Notes: a model not told the origin generated them from the sequence alone. DNA of 64,000 nucleotides from Chitinophagaceae bacterium (GCA_021151685.1 JAGKWS010000004.1:15800-79799); one strand, 5' to 3'; positions 8,567-19,970 are shown, numbered from the stretch's first letter. Numbers and translations are program-made.

Positions 8567-9997
8567 TTATTTGCCGTAGTGGGTGAGAAAGTCTACCAAC
8601 ATACGAATGCCGTAGCCTGTACCGCCCGACGGGATATACCCCTTGCGCCCGGTGGCAAAAGATACGCCGGCTATGTCGAAGTGCATCCACGGATAGTCGG
8701 TGAAATGCTCCAGAAACTTGCCGGCTGTAATGGCACCACCTGTAGGGCCACCTACATTTTTGATGTCGGCCACTTCCGATTTTATTTGTTCGCCATACTC
8801 ATCCCACATAGGGTATTCTACCAATCGCTCGTATTGGCGGTAGCCACTCTCGCGGAATGCTTTTACTACGTTTTCATCGGCATTGCCCATGCACACTATA
8901 CCATGCTCGCCCACGGCCATGCTGGCTGCACCGGTAAGGGTAGCAAAGTCGGCCACGAGTTCGGGTTTGTAGCGTTTGGCCCAGTGCAGGGCATCGGCCA
9001 GTACCATGCGGCCTTCGGCATCGGTATTCAGTACCTCTACTGTGGCACCGCTATACATAGTTATTACATCGCCGGGGGTGTAGGCGTTTTCGCCGGGGCG
9101 GTTGTCGGTGGCTGGTACCAGTGCTATTATGTGCAGGGGCAGTTTCATGAGTGCTACGGCATACATGGCGGCACATACTACTGCGGCACCGCTCATATCG
9201 CTCTTCATGCGGTCCATAGAGTTGGGCGTAGGTTTCAGCGACAGGCCACCTGTATCGTATACAATACCCTTGCCCACCAGTACTATTGGCTTTTTGTTGA
9301 TGGCCCTGGCTGGTTTGTGCTCCATAATGGTGAATGTGGGTGGCAGCGGGCTACCCATATTCACGGCCATGAGGCCGCCCATTTTCTCTTTGGCGATGCG
9401 TGCTTTATTCAGTATGGTCACCTTAAAGCCTGCCTCCTTGCCCATGGCATCTATTTCTTCGGCCAGTTTTTCGGCGGTGAGTACGTTGGGTGGTTCGTTT
9501 ACCAAATTGCGGGCACGCTCTATGGCATTTACCGTTATCTGCAATTGGTTCACATCGCGCAGGGTAGCCGAATTTTTGGCTATGAGTATGCGCTGCAGGG
9601 TATTGGTTAGTTTTTTAGCTTCGGTACGGTATTTCAGAAACTGGTAGCTGGCCAGTGCTGCCCCCTCGGCCAGTAGCAGTGCTGCATTGGCAGTTTGGGT
9701 GAGGTTGTTGATGCATATTTCTGTCAGCTTCAGTTGGTTGGCCAGTGAGGCCAGTTCGGCACCTGTTTTCCTGAGCGATTCGGCGGTTTGCCAATCGGTT
9801 TTTTTGTTGCGTAGCAACACCACAAAAGCAAAGCCGTTGTACTTATTGATACTTGCTACCGACTTTTCGGCGGCGAATACATCGGTAACATACTTGCGTT
9901 CATCGGCAGTGAGTATGTCCAGTTCGTTTATTTTATCGGTATTGTCTACTACCCACACGCCCGATGCGGTAGCCTTCTGCAAAATTTTTATCTCCAT
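8567..9997 (-). CDS. pepA: Leucyl aminopeptidase (M17)
   Basis: VGKGIVYDTGG, MKSDMSGAA, NTDAEGR signature motifs. Confidence 0.92.
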   Translation of the reverse strand: MEIKILQKATASGVWVVDNTDKINELDILTADERKYVTDVFAAEKSVASINKYNGFAFVVLLRNKKTDWQTAESLRKTGAELASLANQLKLTEICINNLTQTANAALLLAEGAALASYQFLKYRTEAKKLTNTLQRILIAKNSATLRDVNQLQITVNAIERARNLVNEPPNVLTAEKLAEEIDAMGKEAGFKVTILNKARIAKEKMGGLMAVNMGSPLPPTFTIMEHKPARAINKKPIVLVGKGIVYDTGGLSLKPTPNSMDRMKSDMSGAAVVCAAMYAVALMKLPLHIIALVPATDNRPGENAYTPGDVITMYSGATVEVLNTDAEGRMVLADALHWAKRYKPELVADFATLTGAASMAVGEHGIVCMGNADENVVKAFRESGYRQYERLVEYPMWDEYGEQIKSEVADIKNVGGPTGGAITAGKFLEHFTDYPWMHFDIAGVSFATGRKGYIPSGGTGYGIRMLVDFLTHYGK

Positions 9998-10128
9998 AAC
10001 GTTGTATGTGCTGAAAAATAATGGACGAAGGTAACGTTAAATCAAAATTAATCGGGTGGTAGAAAGCTTCAATTTATGATTGTTAAGACCATATTATATA
10101 TCAGTAGCCATTGGTGGGAGCGGCTTTG

Positions 10129-10136
10129 TACCTTTG
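10129..10136 (+). promoter_or_regulatory. -7 promoter element (TACCTTTG) for rsmA
   Basis: Exact TAnnTTTG match ending 4 nt before GTG 10141. Confidence 0.5.
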
Positions 10137-10140
10137 CCTG

Positions 10141-10902
10141 GTGTATACGTTAAAGAAAAGTCTTGGCCAGCATTTTTTGCATGATGCCAATATGTGCCGC
10201 AAGATAGTGGCACAGGTAACCCAAACACCGGGTATGTCTCTGCTGGAGGTAGGGCCGGGTGGTGGTGCCATATCGCGCTACCTGATAGAGTGGCCCGATA
10301 TACACTATGTAGCCATAGAGGTAGACAAGGAAAAGGTAGATTACCTGAATGCCACCTTCCCCGCCATACAGGGCAAGGTGATACTGGAAGATATATTGAA
10401 GGCAAAGGCACCATTTGAAGGGCAGTTTTCGGTTATTGGAAATTTTCCTTATAATATTTCTTCGCCCATTATGTTTCGCATTCTGGAGTGGGAGCCGCAG
10501 GTAAATGAGGTGATAGGGATGTTTCAGAAAGAGGTAGCGCAGCGTATAGCTGCGGGGCCGGGTACCAAAACGTATGGTATACTGAGTGTGCTGCTGCAAA
10601 CGTTTTTTAAGGTGACCTATCTGTTTGATGTACATGAAAACTGCTTTACGCCACCACCCAATGTAAAAAGTGGCGTTATTCGTTTTGCCAATACCGGAAA
10701 CCCATATCGTATAGATAACAAGAAGAAGTACATTAATCTGGTAAAAGCTGCCTTTAACCAACGGCGCAAAACGCTGCGCAATGCGCTGAAAGGTACATTG
10801 CCGCCCGAGGCACTGGTAGACCCTGTGTTTGATAAGCGTGCCGAGCAGCTATCGGTAGCCAACTTTGTAGAACTATACAATAAATATATACGTGAGCAGT
10901 AA
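10141..10902 (+). CDS. rsmA: 16S rRNA m6(2)A dimethyltransferase
   Basis: KKSLGQHFL, LEVGPGGG, GNFPYNIS, FNQRRKTLRNAL. Start placed at GTG 10141 (track 10111). Confidence 0.95.
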   Translation: MYTLKKSLGQHFLHDANMCRKIVAQVTQTPGMSLLEVGPGGGAISRYLIEWPDIHYVAIEVDKEKVDYLNATFPAIQGKVILEDILKAKAPFEGQFSVIGNFPYNISSPIMFRILEWEPQVNEVIGMFQKEVAQRIAAGPGTKTYGILSVLLQTFFKVTYLFDVHENCFTPPPNVKSGVIRFANTGNPYRIDNKKKYINLVKAAFNQRRKTLRNALKGTLPPEALVDPVFDKRAEQLSVANFVELYNKYIREQ

Positions 10903-11851
10903 GAAGGTGCTGATAGCCGCCCCTGTGCACCCGGTACTGATAGATGGTTTGCGCAACATGGGCTACCATTGTGTGATGCAGGAAGCCATACAACAACAGC
11001 AGGCGGCAGACCTGATTGCCGAATGTGAGGGGGTAATAACATCTACAAGGCTGTATTTGGGTAAGGAGCTACTGGACGCTGCCCCTATGCTGCGCTGGAT
11101 AGGCCGTATGGGCTCTGGTATGGAAGTGATAGATACCGGCTATGCCGCACAGAAGGGCATATATTGTGCCAGCAGCCCTGAAGGCAACTGCAATGCTGTG
11201 GCAGAGCATGCCGTGGGTATGCTACTGGCCGTGCTGCGCCGCATACCTTGGAGCCATGCCGAGATGCAGGAAGGTATATGGAAGCGGGAAGAAAACCGAG
11301 GCCACGAGCTGGAAGGGAAAACCATAGGTATAATAGGGTATGGACATACCGGCGCAGCGTTTGCCCGCAGGCTGGCCGGCTTTGATGTGCGGGTGCTGGC
11401 TTACGACAAATACCAGCAGCCATCCCATGTACCTACACACGTTACTATGTGCAGTACGCTGCAACCAATATATAATGAGGCCGATGTGGTGAGCTTTCAT
11501 GTGCCCCTACAAGAGGACACTGTTCACTACTTTGACAATAATTTTTTGAAGCAGATGCAACAACCTTTTTTGCTGCTGAATACCTCTCGCGGACCTGTAG
11601 TGGCTACCAATGCAGTGTATGAAGGGCTGGAAAGCAAAAAAATAATTGGTGCTGCGCTCGATGTGTTTGAAGAAGAGCCAGTGAGCCGTATGAATGGTGA
11701 GATTGAAAAAAAGTTTAAGTCTATATTGTTGATGGACAACGTGGTGACAACGCCACACATAGCCGGATACACGCATGAGGCACTCTATAAAATGAGTGCT
11801 ACCTTGCTGAGAAAGTTGGAAAAATGGCAGGTAGCAACCAATTGCCAATAA
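10892..11851 (+). CDS. D-isomer-specific 2-hydroxyacid dehydrogenase (SerA-like catalytic domain)
   Basis: GIIGYGHTG Rossmann motif, NTSRG, LDVFEEEP, TPHIAG. Confidence 0.9.
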   Translation: MSSKKVLIAAPVHPVLIDGLRNMGYHCVMQEAIQQQQAADLIAECEGVITSTRLYLGKELLDAAPMLRWIGRMGSGMEVIDTGYAAQKGIYCASSPEGNCNAVAEHAVGMLLAVLRRIPWSHAEMQEGIWKREENRGHELEGKTIGIIGYGHTGAAFARRLAGFDVRVLAYDKYQQPSHVPTHVTMCSTLQPIYNEADVVSFHVPLQEDTVHYFDNNFLKQMQQPFLLLNTSRGPVVATNAVYEGLESKKIIGAALDVFEEEPVSRMNGEIEKKFKSILLMDNVVTTPHIAGYTHEALYKMSATLLRKLEKWQVATNCQ

Positions 11852-12051
11852 AATCCTAACTTTTTTTTAAAATTCACCCAAGATTCCCCCTTCGTTTATC
11901 GTCTTTTTGTACAGGTATACCTAAATCTGAACACTTTGAGAACACGGATGAAACCCACAGGCGTTAAGAAAATAATTGAGTTTGACCATTGAGTTTTAAC
12001 AGATTTTTTTATCTTTACGCCCTATTTGCTAATAATTTATTAATATAGGAT

Positions 12052-15000
12052 ATGATACGTAGACTACGTTTCCTGCTATTGTTTGTCTTACTGGGGCTAT
12101 CGGCAGATGTTTTTGCGCAAACCGGAGAGGTTACCGGTACTGTATTGGATGATAAAAAGCAACCTATCATTGGCGCTATCATTACCATTACCCAAGGTGG
12201 TATTACTAAGGGTGGTGCGGCTACCGACATGGATGGTGTCTACATCATCAAACCCCTTGACCCGGGTATTTATACATTAATCGCACAGTATACCGGATAT
12301 CCTAAATACACAGTTGATAGGGTACAAGTTACTAATGGCAGGGTGGAGCAGAATTTCAACATGTCGAGTGCAAACGAACTTAAGGAAGTAAAAATCATTT
12401 ACGAAAAGCCACTGGTGCGTAAGGGTGGAGGTTCGGGCCAAACACTGAGTTCCACTGATATCAAGCAGCTTGCTGTAAACCAAACGGGCGACATTGCGGG
12501 TCTTACAGCCGGTACTTATGTGGCCAAGCGCGGTGAAGGTCTGTCTATTGGTGGTGCCCGTAAAACAGGAACCCTGTATGTGATAGATGGTGTGCAGGTA
12601 CAGAATATTGGCGAAAATGCCAATACCGGTATCGACATGTCGCAGAACTCTATAGAGCAGATGGAAATCATTACCTCTGGTATCCCAGCCAAGTATGGCG
12701 ACGTATCGGGCGGTGTGGTAAGCATCACATCTAAGGGGGTTGCCCGCAAAACATCTGGTAGCCTTCGTGTACAGCAGTCTATAGATGGTTATAACAACCG
12801 TCTTATCAACTTTACACTGGCTGGCCCGCTGTACAAAAAGCGTGTAGACAGCGTTACCAAGAAACCAGTGCTGGGTTTTGCCCTGAGTGGTGACTGGTAT
12901 GATGACCGTAACAGGTACCCTGCATATGACCGCCAGTGGGTGGTAAAAGAAGACAAGCTGAAAGAAATGGAGAACACGCCATTGAAAGTAGAGTCTGACA
13001 ATACTGGTAACAAAATATACAACTACGCTTCGAACTATATCACATTCAACGATATGGAGCGCAGGAAGATAGTACCACGTAACAGAACACAGGAAGCGCG
13101 TTTGAACGGTAAACTGGATTATCAGCTTAATGACAATATGCGTGTTATTGCCGGTGGTATGTTCAATTATGTGGAAACAGATGAATATAGCCGTCGTGCA
13201 AGCCTGATGGCACCTGATGCTACTTTTACCCGTAAAGACCTTACTGGTCGTGGTTTTATCCGCTTCACACAGAAGTTTGGTAAAATGAATGATACCTCTG
13301 CCCGTAACAACATTATCTCTAATGCATTCTATAGCGTACAGGCCGACTACCAGCGTACACAAACTGGTCGTGAAGATCCGCGCTTCAAGAAAGATCTCTT
13401 CAAGTATGCATATGTAGGTAAGTTTGATGCACGTGAGCGTACAAATCTTTACCAGTTTAGTGGCGAAGACTCTTTGAGTGGTAAAAAAGGTGTGGTACTG
13501 CAGGGCTCTGCTGCCGGTGGTTACGATTTTACACGTTCTGAGTTGAACCCAATATTGGCTAACTACACATCTCAGTACTATCGCGAACTGGGTGGCGCAG
13601 CACCGGCTACCATCCAAACGATTCAGGCAAACAATGCTATGGCTAATGGCGATCTTCCCCGCTACACCTACAGTGTGGATGGTGTGGGTATGTTTAATAG
13701 CCCCGGTACTTTGCCTAATTATTACTACAACTTTACTTCAGACCAGTATGCATTGGATGTGAACGCCTCTTTTGACCTGCAAACCGGTAAAACAAAGCAT
13801 GCTATTGAATTTGGTTTGTACTACCAGCAGCGTATCATTCGTTCTTATGCAGCGTATGCCAACTTTGGCCCTGGTGCACAGTCTTTGTGGAGCCAGATGC
13901 GTAACCTTGTAAGTACTGTAGACAACCAAAACCTGCGTTTGGACAAAGAAAACCCAATGTTCCGTGTAAATGGTCAGGATTATCGCTATGTATCTAACGG
14001 TACTGTAGGATCTGGTTACTTCTTGAACAGTGCAGGACAGGTAGCTAACGTGATACCCGGCCCTCAGGATACCATTTACTACAATTTGAAGAACTATGGC
14101 TCAAGTGCATTTGACAAGAGCCTGCGTAAAAAGCTGGGCGTTGCTGATAATGTAAACATCAATGTAGATGCACTGGACCCAAGCGTATTCTCTTTGGATA
14201 TGTTCTCTGCCGACGAACTGTTGAACATCAGTGGTAACTCATTTGTAGACTACTACGGTTATTCGTACACAGGTGCTCGCCAGACTGGTACAGTAAACTT
14301 CAATGACTTCTGGACACAGAAAGATGCCAATGGCAACTTTACCCGCCCAATGGGAGCCTTCTCGCCAACGTACATTGCAGGTTATTTGCAAGACAGGTTC
14401 AACTACAAAGACATCTCTTTCAATATAGGTGTGCGTGTAGACCGTTACTCTGCCAATACAAAGGTGTTGAGAGATCCATATTCATTGTATCCTGTTACTA
14501 CTGTAGGTCAGGTGGCTGGTACTACCAACTTTGTTAATGGTGGTGCACACCCAAGCAACATTGGTAGCGACTATGTGGTATATGTAAACGACAACCAGTC
14601 TACCAACCCAACCATTATTGGTTACAGAAATGGTAATACATGGTATGACCCAACTGGTAAACAAATTGAAGACCCTGCTGCATTGAAGGCATATTCTGAT
14701 GGCCGTGACCCTCAGCCATTCATACAGTCTCAGTACAAGAACATTGGTATGACGGATAGCAACTTCAATCCGAACCTGTCATTTACCGACTACGAACCAC
14801 AGGTAACTGTTATGCCTCGTATACAGTTCTCGTTCCCTATATCAGATGTGGCTAACTTCTATGCACACTACGATATATATGCACAACGTCCTTACCCAAG
14901 TTCTATAGGTTATGCAACTGCATGGGATTATTACAAACTCTCTGCATCTGCGCCAACCGGTGTATTGCCAAACTCTAACCTGAGGTCTACAAAGACTTTC

Positions 15001-15876
15001 GACTATGAAGTTGGTTTCCAGCAAAAACTTACCAAAAAATCGGCACTTACGCTTACTGCTTACTACAAAGAGCGTAAAGACATGGTGGGTACTGTACCAT
15101 ATGTATATGCATTCCCTTATCAGTATCAGACTTATGGTAACCGCGATTTCTCTTCTACAAAGGGTACAACATTGTTCTATGACATGCGTGCTACCAATCA
15201 CCTTCGTATGAGTGTATCTTATACCTTGCAGTTTGCCGAAGGTACTGGTGCCAGCTACAATAGTGGTCGTGGTTTGTTGAACACACTGATAAACGAGGGT
15301 ATTCCTAACCTGCGTTATGTAACATATCTTGATGTGGATTCAAGACACATTATATCTGCCAATGCCGATTACCGTTATTACGAAGGTGAAGGTCCAACGG
15401 TTGGTGGCAAGCGCATTTTGCAGAATGCTGGTGTGAACCTGATAATGCGTACAAGAAGTGGTGAACCTTATACACGCTACACCGATGCGATGGCACAAAC
15501 AGTGGTTGGTGGTGTGAATGGTGCCCGCCTGCCATGGCACTTTGGTATGGATCTTCGTATAGACAAAGACTTCGCGTTGAAGTTTGGACGTAAGTCTAAA
15601 GATGTTACAGAGGGTAAGAAGCCACGTCGTACCCAGTACATAAAAGGTATTGTGATGGTGAACAACTTGCTGAATACACGCGAAGTACTGGGTGTATATG
15701 GTTTCACAGGCCGTACGGATGATAATGGTTATATCACATCTTCTTTCGGTCAGCAATTTATACCACAGCAAATCAACCCACGTTCATATACCGATTTGTA
15801 CACAATATATATGAACAACCCTGGCTACCTGAACTATGCACGTACTATTAACCTTGCCGTTGAATTTAATTTCTAA
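12052..15876 (+). CDS. TonB-dependent receptor-like outer-membrane protein with N-terminal carboxypeptidase-regulatory-like domain
   Basis: Signal peptide, GEVTGTVLD...PIIGA N-domain, plug motifs LYVIDGVQV and IEQMEIITSGIPAKYGDVSGGVVSI, terminal Phe (VEFNF). Confidence 0.85.
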   Translation: MIRRLRFLLLFVLLGLSADVFAQTGEVTGTVLDDKKQPIIGAIITITQGGITKGGAATDMDGVYIIKPLDPGIYTLIAQYTGYPKYTVDRVQVTNGRVEQNFNMSSANELKEVKIIYEKPLVRKGGGSGQTLSSTDIKQLAVNQTGDIAGLTAGTYVAKRGEGLSIGGARKTGTLYVIDGVQVQNIGENANTGIDMSQNSIEQMEIITSGIPAKYGDVSGGVVSITSKGVARKTSGSLRVQQSIDGYNNRLINFTLAGPLYKKRVDSVTKKPVLGFALSGDWYDDRNRYPAYDRQWVVKEDKLKEMENTPLKVESDNTGNKIYNYASNYITFNDMERRKIVPRNRTQEARLNGKLDYQLNDNMRVIAGGMFNYVETDEYSRRASLMAPDATFTRKDLTGRGFIRFTQKFGKMNDTSARNNIISNAFYSVQADYQRTQTGREDPRFKKDLFKYAYVGKFDARERTNLYQFSGEDSLSGKKGVVLQGSAAGGYDFTRSELNPILANYTSQYYRELGGAAPATIQTIQANNAMANGDLPRYTYSVDGVGMFNSPGTLPNYYYNFTSDQYALDVNASFDLQTGKTKHAIEFGLYYQQRIIRSYAAYANFGPGAQSLWSQMRNLVSTVDNQNLRLDKENPMFRVNGQDYRYVSNGTVGSGYFLNSAGQVANVIPGPQDTIYYNLKNYGSSAFDKSLRKKLGVADNVNINVDALDPSVFSLDMFSADELLNISGNSFVDYYGYSYTGARQTGTVNFNDFWTQKDANGNFTRPMGAFSPTYIAGYLQDRFNYKDISFNIGVRVDRYSANTKVLRDPYSLYPVTTVGQVAGTTNFVNGGAHPSNIGSDYVVYVNDNQSTNPTIIGYRNGNTWYDPTGKQIEDPAALKAYSDGRDPQPFIQSQYKNIGMTDSNFNPNLSFTDYEPQVTVMPRIQFSFPISDVANFYAHYDIYAQRPYPSSIGYATAWDYYKLSASAPTGVLPNSNLRSTKTFDYEVGFQQKLTKKSALTLTAYYKERKDMVGTVPYVYAFPYQYQTYGNRDFSSTKGTTLFYDMRATNHLRMSVSYTLQFAEGTGASYNSGRGLLNTLINEGIPNLRYVTYLDVDSRHIISANADYRYYEGEGPTVGGKRILQNAGVNLIMRTRSGEPYTRYTDAMAQTVVGGVNGARLPWHFGMDLRIDKDFALKFGRKSKDVTEGKKPRRTQYIKGIVMVNNLLNTREVLGVYGFTGRTDDNGYITSSFGQQFIPQQINPRSYTDLYTIYMNNPGYLNYARTINLAVEFNF

Positions 15877-15902
15877 TTTTTACATTATTAATCATATAAG
15901 TT

Positions 15903-18900
15903 ATGATGCTCAGAAATAAAATACAGTTTGTTCGCACCATCGTCCTACTTGGGGCGGGTATCCTGGGGATAGCAGGCTCTGCCAGTGCGCGCGAAAATGT
16001 AGGAGGAAAGCGTGATCCTAATGCCCAGCTAAAATCAACTGCTGCAGGTTGTCAGCCAGCAACAGCATCAATCGACCTTGATATCAATAACGTACGTGCC
16101 CGTTTGATGACTGGTGGCGATATGTGGTGGAACAATGGTCAGAGCAATGCCGCTTATGAAATTCCTAAAGGTTCAGGTAGGCATTCTCAGTTTGCTGCAT
16201 CTTGCTGGATAGGTGGTTATGACAAACAGGGACAATTGAAAGTTGCCGCCCAGACATACCGTCAGGATGGTAATGACTACTGGCCTGGTGCATTGGATGA
16301 AAATGGTAAAATTACTTCTGAGGGTTGTGTCCTTTGGGATAAATTTTGGAAAGTAGACCGATCTACTATCAATCGTTTCCGCCAGGCGTACAAAACTGGT
16401 ACCGACACAAAGGCTGCCGATTTTGATGCCATCAACCAATGGCCGGCAGTAGGTAACAACAATATTGTAGGTAACGGTGGATCTAAAATAACACTTAACC
16501 CTGCCAATACTTATGCACCCTTCGTTGACTTGAATGGTGATGGCAGGTATCAGCCTTCGGAGGGTGAATATCCGGACATACGTGGTGACCAATACATTTG
16601 GTGGGTATTTAATGATGCCGGTAACGTGAAGCAACAGTCTATTACGGCTTCTATGGGTATAGAAGTACAGACAAGTGCTTTTGCATATGCTACTCAGGAT
16701 TTCCTGAATAATGCATCTTTCTATAACTACCGTGTTATTAACCGTGGTCCTCTTACAATAGACAGTACGTATATTGCTGTATGGGACGATGCGGACCTTG
16801 GTTATTATTATGATGACTTTATTGGTTGTGATACTGCACGTGGTTTGGGTATACTGTATAATGGTACCAACAACGATGGTGGTGCTGCCGGTAACCCACG
16901 TAACAGCTATGGTATCAATCCGCCACAGATAGCACTTGACTATTTTCAGGGGCCTAAGCGTGTGAAAAAGCGTGCTGGCTTGCCTGATACTGTGGAGCAG
17001 CTGAAGATGACTAACTTCACCTATTACAATAACGACCCGAGTATCATTGGTAACCCTTCGAATGGTATCCAGATATACTATTACATGACGGGTTCTATAC
17101 GTAACGGTCAGCGTTTTGCTTACGATTTTCAGGGTCCTGGCATACCTTCAAAGGGATATGGGTCTGGTCCGGTTTCTAACTTCGTATTCTGGGGCGATCC
17201 TTCTGACAACTCTCAATGGTCTGAGTGTGCTTGTGGTAACAACCCCGGTGACCGCCGTTTTGTGTTCTCATCTGGTCCTTTCCAATTGTTCCCAGGTGCT
17301 ATCAATGACATAACCTTCGGTACTGTTTGGGCAGCCAATCAGGGTGGTTGTCCTGCAGCCAGCTTCAAAACCATTAAGAATATAGATGATGGTGCGCAGG
17401 CTTTGTTTGATAACAACTTTAAGACTATAGAAGGTCCTGAAGCCCCCCGTATGGTGGTGCGTGAGCTTGATCGTAAATTGGTATTCTATTTGGTAAATGA
17501 CTATGGTAGCAATAACTATGGTGAGAATTATGGCCGCACCGATGGTGCTTATAACGACTCTCTGCTGTATCATCAGTTTGTTGTAAAGTCAAAAGGCATC
17601 AGCGACGACTCTTTGTACAAATTCCAGGGTTATCGTGTATTCCAGTTGGCTAACAGCCAGGTAACTGCTGCCGAAATATTTGACCCGGTTACTGGTGAAG
17701 TTGACGCAAGCAAGGCTGCTGAAGTATTCCAGTGCGATATTACTGACAGCATTACGCAGATAGTAAACTATGTAAAAAATATAGCTGTAAGTGATACTAC
17801 ACATACCGCACAGATAAAGGTGAAAGGAAAGGATAGTGGTATTGTACACAGCTTCCAGTTGACACAAGATGCCTTCGCATCTGGTTCTGATAAGCGTTTT
17901 GTAAACTACAAGAACTATTACTTTGTAGCGATTGCTTACTCTTACAACAACTTTGCAAACTTTGATGCCCGCAATACAGTATCTACACAGGATATCCCTT
18001 ATTTGGCAAGTTCTCATGGTGCTGGTGGTACTGAAATAAGCGTTGTAACAGCACTACCTAACCCTGCGAATGGCGATATGGGAACTGTGTTGAATTCAGA
18101 CTATGGTGATGGCGTTATCATTAAGAGAGTACAAGGTACTGGTAATGGTGGCAATGAAGTTCAGCTTGATGAGGCTTCTGAAGCTGAAGCTCTAAAGAAC
18201 AATGTAGTTGCACAGCCTACTTACCAGAAGAATATGGGCCCTGTAAATGTACGTGTAGTGGATCCTGTGAAAGTACCAGCAATGGATTGGGTACTTCAGA
18301 TTCATGGCCCTAATACAACCTTGGTTGGTTCTACTCCAATTTCTGGTGGTGTAGACGCTCCTCAATCGAGCTGGTCACTTACTGGTTATCTGCCAAATAG
18401 CAATACTAAAGATATAGTTATATACAGTGAACGTAATCTTAACCAGCCTAACGAGCAAATACTGGAAAAGTATGGTTTGGCTGTATCTCTGAAGCAAGTG
18501 TCGCATCCTGGTAGCAAGGTACTTGGAACTAAGAATGGTTACATCACTTCGGATGTTACTTTTGAAGATGCTGCTAAACCTTGGTTGTGGGGTGTTAAAG
18601 ATGAGGCTGATAGTAGCTTTGCTAACTGGCTGCGTGCTGGTAGTACCAGCAACTTTGGTCCTGTATCTGCACCAAACCCATGTTTCTTCAATGACTTCAA
18701 TATTAGTGGTAACTACGTGGATGAGAAAGGAAACTTTGGTAACATGATGAGCAACTTCTCGCCCATGCAGAGCTCTTGGGGCCCTTATGGTTTGGCTGCA
18801 TTCTGGTTTGATGGTGGTGTATTTACATCATCTCCTATAGGTGCGTATGCGGTGTGTGGAATGCACGTAGCGGCTTATAAGCTTACACTGAACCAGATTA

Positions 18901-19970
18901 AGTCTATGAGCGATGTTGACCTTGTACTTACCAACGATATGAGCAAATGGACACGCTGTGCCGTTGTAGAAATGCAGGAAGACAGTATGCTGGCTGAAAA
19001 CCGTGGTAAGAAATTCTACATGCGTAAGCACAAGGGTTGGAACCTTGAATTCAATGGTGACTCTCCCAAGTATTCTGAAAGTACTGATGACGAAGGTATG
19101 TCGTGGTTCCCTGGTTATGCTATTGATCAATTGACTGGTGAGCGATTGAACATTGTGTTTGGTGAAGATTCTTATTTGTCGTCTGACAATGGTAGAGATA
19201 TGATTTGGAACCCAAGTGCACCAGCTGGTATCAATGGTTTCAATCCATTCGACAATTCGATAGTATTTGGTGGTAAGCACTTTGTATATGTTATGACATC
19301 TCGTTATGACAGCTGTAAGAACTTCGTAACTAATGCTCGTAAAGCAAGTTCTGCAAACGGTTTCCTGAAGACAGCTTATGCAAACTCTCAGTGGGTGGGT
19401 GTACCAATGCGCAATCCGCTGATACAGTATCGTTCTTTGAAAGATGGTTTGATACCAACAACTACAAGATTGCGTTTCCGTGTAGAAAAGCCATATGCAC
19501 CATATGCTGCTGTTGACTCTACTACTGCTTTTGCTAAACCTGGTACTACGATCACTGCTGGTCAGGCAACCAATCCTTACTATACATTCACTACTGCAGA
19601 TATGGCTAAAACCAGCCTTGCTGACAATCCGAAGGGTAGCGAGTTTATTGACAGGATTTATGCGGTTCCTAACCCATACTATGGTTACTCTGGTTATGAG
19701 AAGGCCGGTAGCCGTTTCGATACCAAGGTTCGTATCATCAACCTGCCTGCTAAAGCTACTGTAGCTATATACACGCTGGATGGTGTACTTGTGAAAACAC
19801 TGACTAAGAGCGACCCCGGTGTATCTTACATTGATTGGGATGTACGCAACTCAGTTGGTTTACCAATAGCCAGTGGTATGTACCTGATGCACGTAAAAGC
19901 TGAAGGAATAGGCGAGAAGGTGATAAAGTGGTTTGGTTCACTTCGTCCACTTGATGTTACACAGTATTAA
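15903..19970 (+). CDS. Large secreted protein with T9SS type A-like C-terminal sorting domain, function unknown
   Basis: Signal peptide; C-terminus IYAVPNPY...VAIYTLDGVLVKTL...WDVRNSVGLPIASGMYLMHV; Ca-loop-like DLNGDG. Confidence 0.8.
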   Translation: MMLRNKIQFVRTIVLLGAGILGIAGSASARENVGGKRDPNAQLKSTAAGCQPATASIDLDINNVRARLMTGGDMWWNNGQSNAAYEIPKGSGRHSQFAASCWIGGYDKQGQLKVAAQTYRQDGNDYWPGALDENGKITSEGCVLWDKFWKVDRSTINRFRQAYKTGTDTKAADFDAINQWPAVGNNNIVGNGGSKITLNPANTYAPFVDLNGDGRYQPSEGEYPDIRGDQYIWWVFNDAGNVKQQSITASMGIEVQTSAFAYATQDFLNNASFYNYRVINRGPLTIDSTYIAVWDDADLGYYYDDFIGCDTARGLGILYNGTNNDGGAAGNPRNSYGINPPQIALDYFQGPKRVKKRAGLPDTVEQLKMTNFTYYNNDPSIIGNPSNGIQIYYYMTGSIRNGQRFAYDFQGPGIPSKGYGSGPVSNFVFWGDPSDNSQWSECACGNNPGDRRFVFSSGPFQLFPGAINDITFGTVWAANQGGCPAASFKTIKNIDDGAQALFDNNFKTIEGPEAPRMVVRELDRKLVFYLVNDYGSNNYGENYGRTDGAYNDSLLYHQFVVKSKGISDDSLYKFQGYRVFQLANSQVTAAEIFDPVTGEVDASKAAEVFQCDITDSITQIVNYVKNIAVSDTTHTAQIKVKGKDSGIVHSFQLTQDAFASGSDKRFVNYKNYYFVAIAYSYNNFANFDARNTVSTQDIPYLASSHGAGGTEISVVTALPNPANGDMGTVLNSDYGDGVIIKRVQGTGNGGNEVQLDEASEAEALKNNVVAQPTYQKNMGPVNVRVVDPVKVPAMDWVLQIHGPNTTLVGSTPISGGVDAPQSSWSLTGYLPNSNTKDIVIYSERNLNQPNEQILEKYGLAVSLKQVSHPGSKVLGTKNGYITSDVTFEDAAKPWLWGVKDEADSSFANWLRAGSTSNFGPVSAPNPCFFNDFNISGNYVDEKGNFGNMMSNFSPMQSSWGPYGLAAFWFDGGVFTSSPIGAYAVCGMHVAAYKLTLNQIKSMSDVDLVLTNDMSKWTRCAVVEMQEDSMLAENRGKKFYMRKHKGWNLEFNGDSPKYSESTDDEGMSWFPGYAIDQLTGERLNIVFGEDSYLSSDNGRDMIWNPSAPAGINGFNPFDNSIVFGGKHFVYVMTSRYDSCKNFVTNARKASSANGFLKTAYANSQWVGVPMRNPLIQYRSLKDGLIPTTTRLRFRVEKPYAPYAAVDSTTAFAKPGTTITAGQATNPYYTFTTADMAKTSLADNPKGSEFIDRIYAVPNPYYGYSGYEKAGSRFDTKVRIINLPAKATVAIYTLDGVLVKTLTKSDPGVSYIDWDVRNSVGLPIASGMYLMHVKAEGIGEKVIKWFGSLRPLDVTQY

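Noticed and set aside
7542-9647. Long plus-strand ORFs (317 aa, 349 aa, 189 aa, 181 aa)
   Set aside because: Fully antisense to pdxA and pepA, which carry clear catalytic motifs.
12277-13617. 446-aa minus-strand ORF
   Set aside because: Antisense to the TonB-dependent receptor; by-product of its codon bias.
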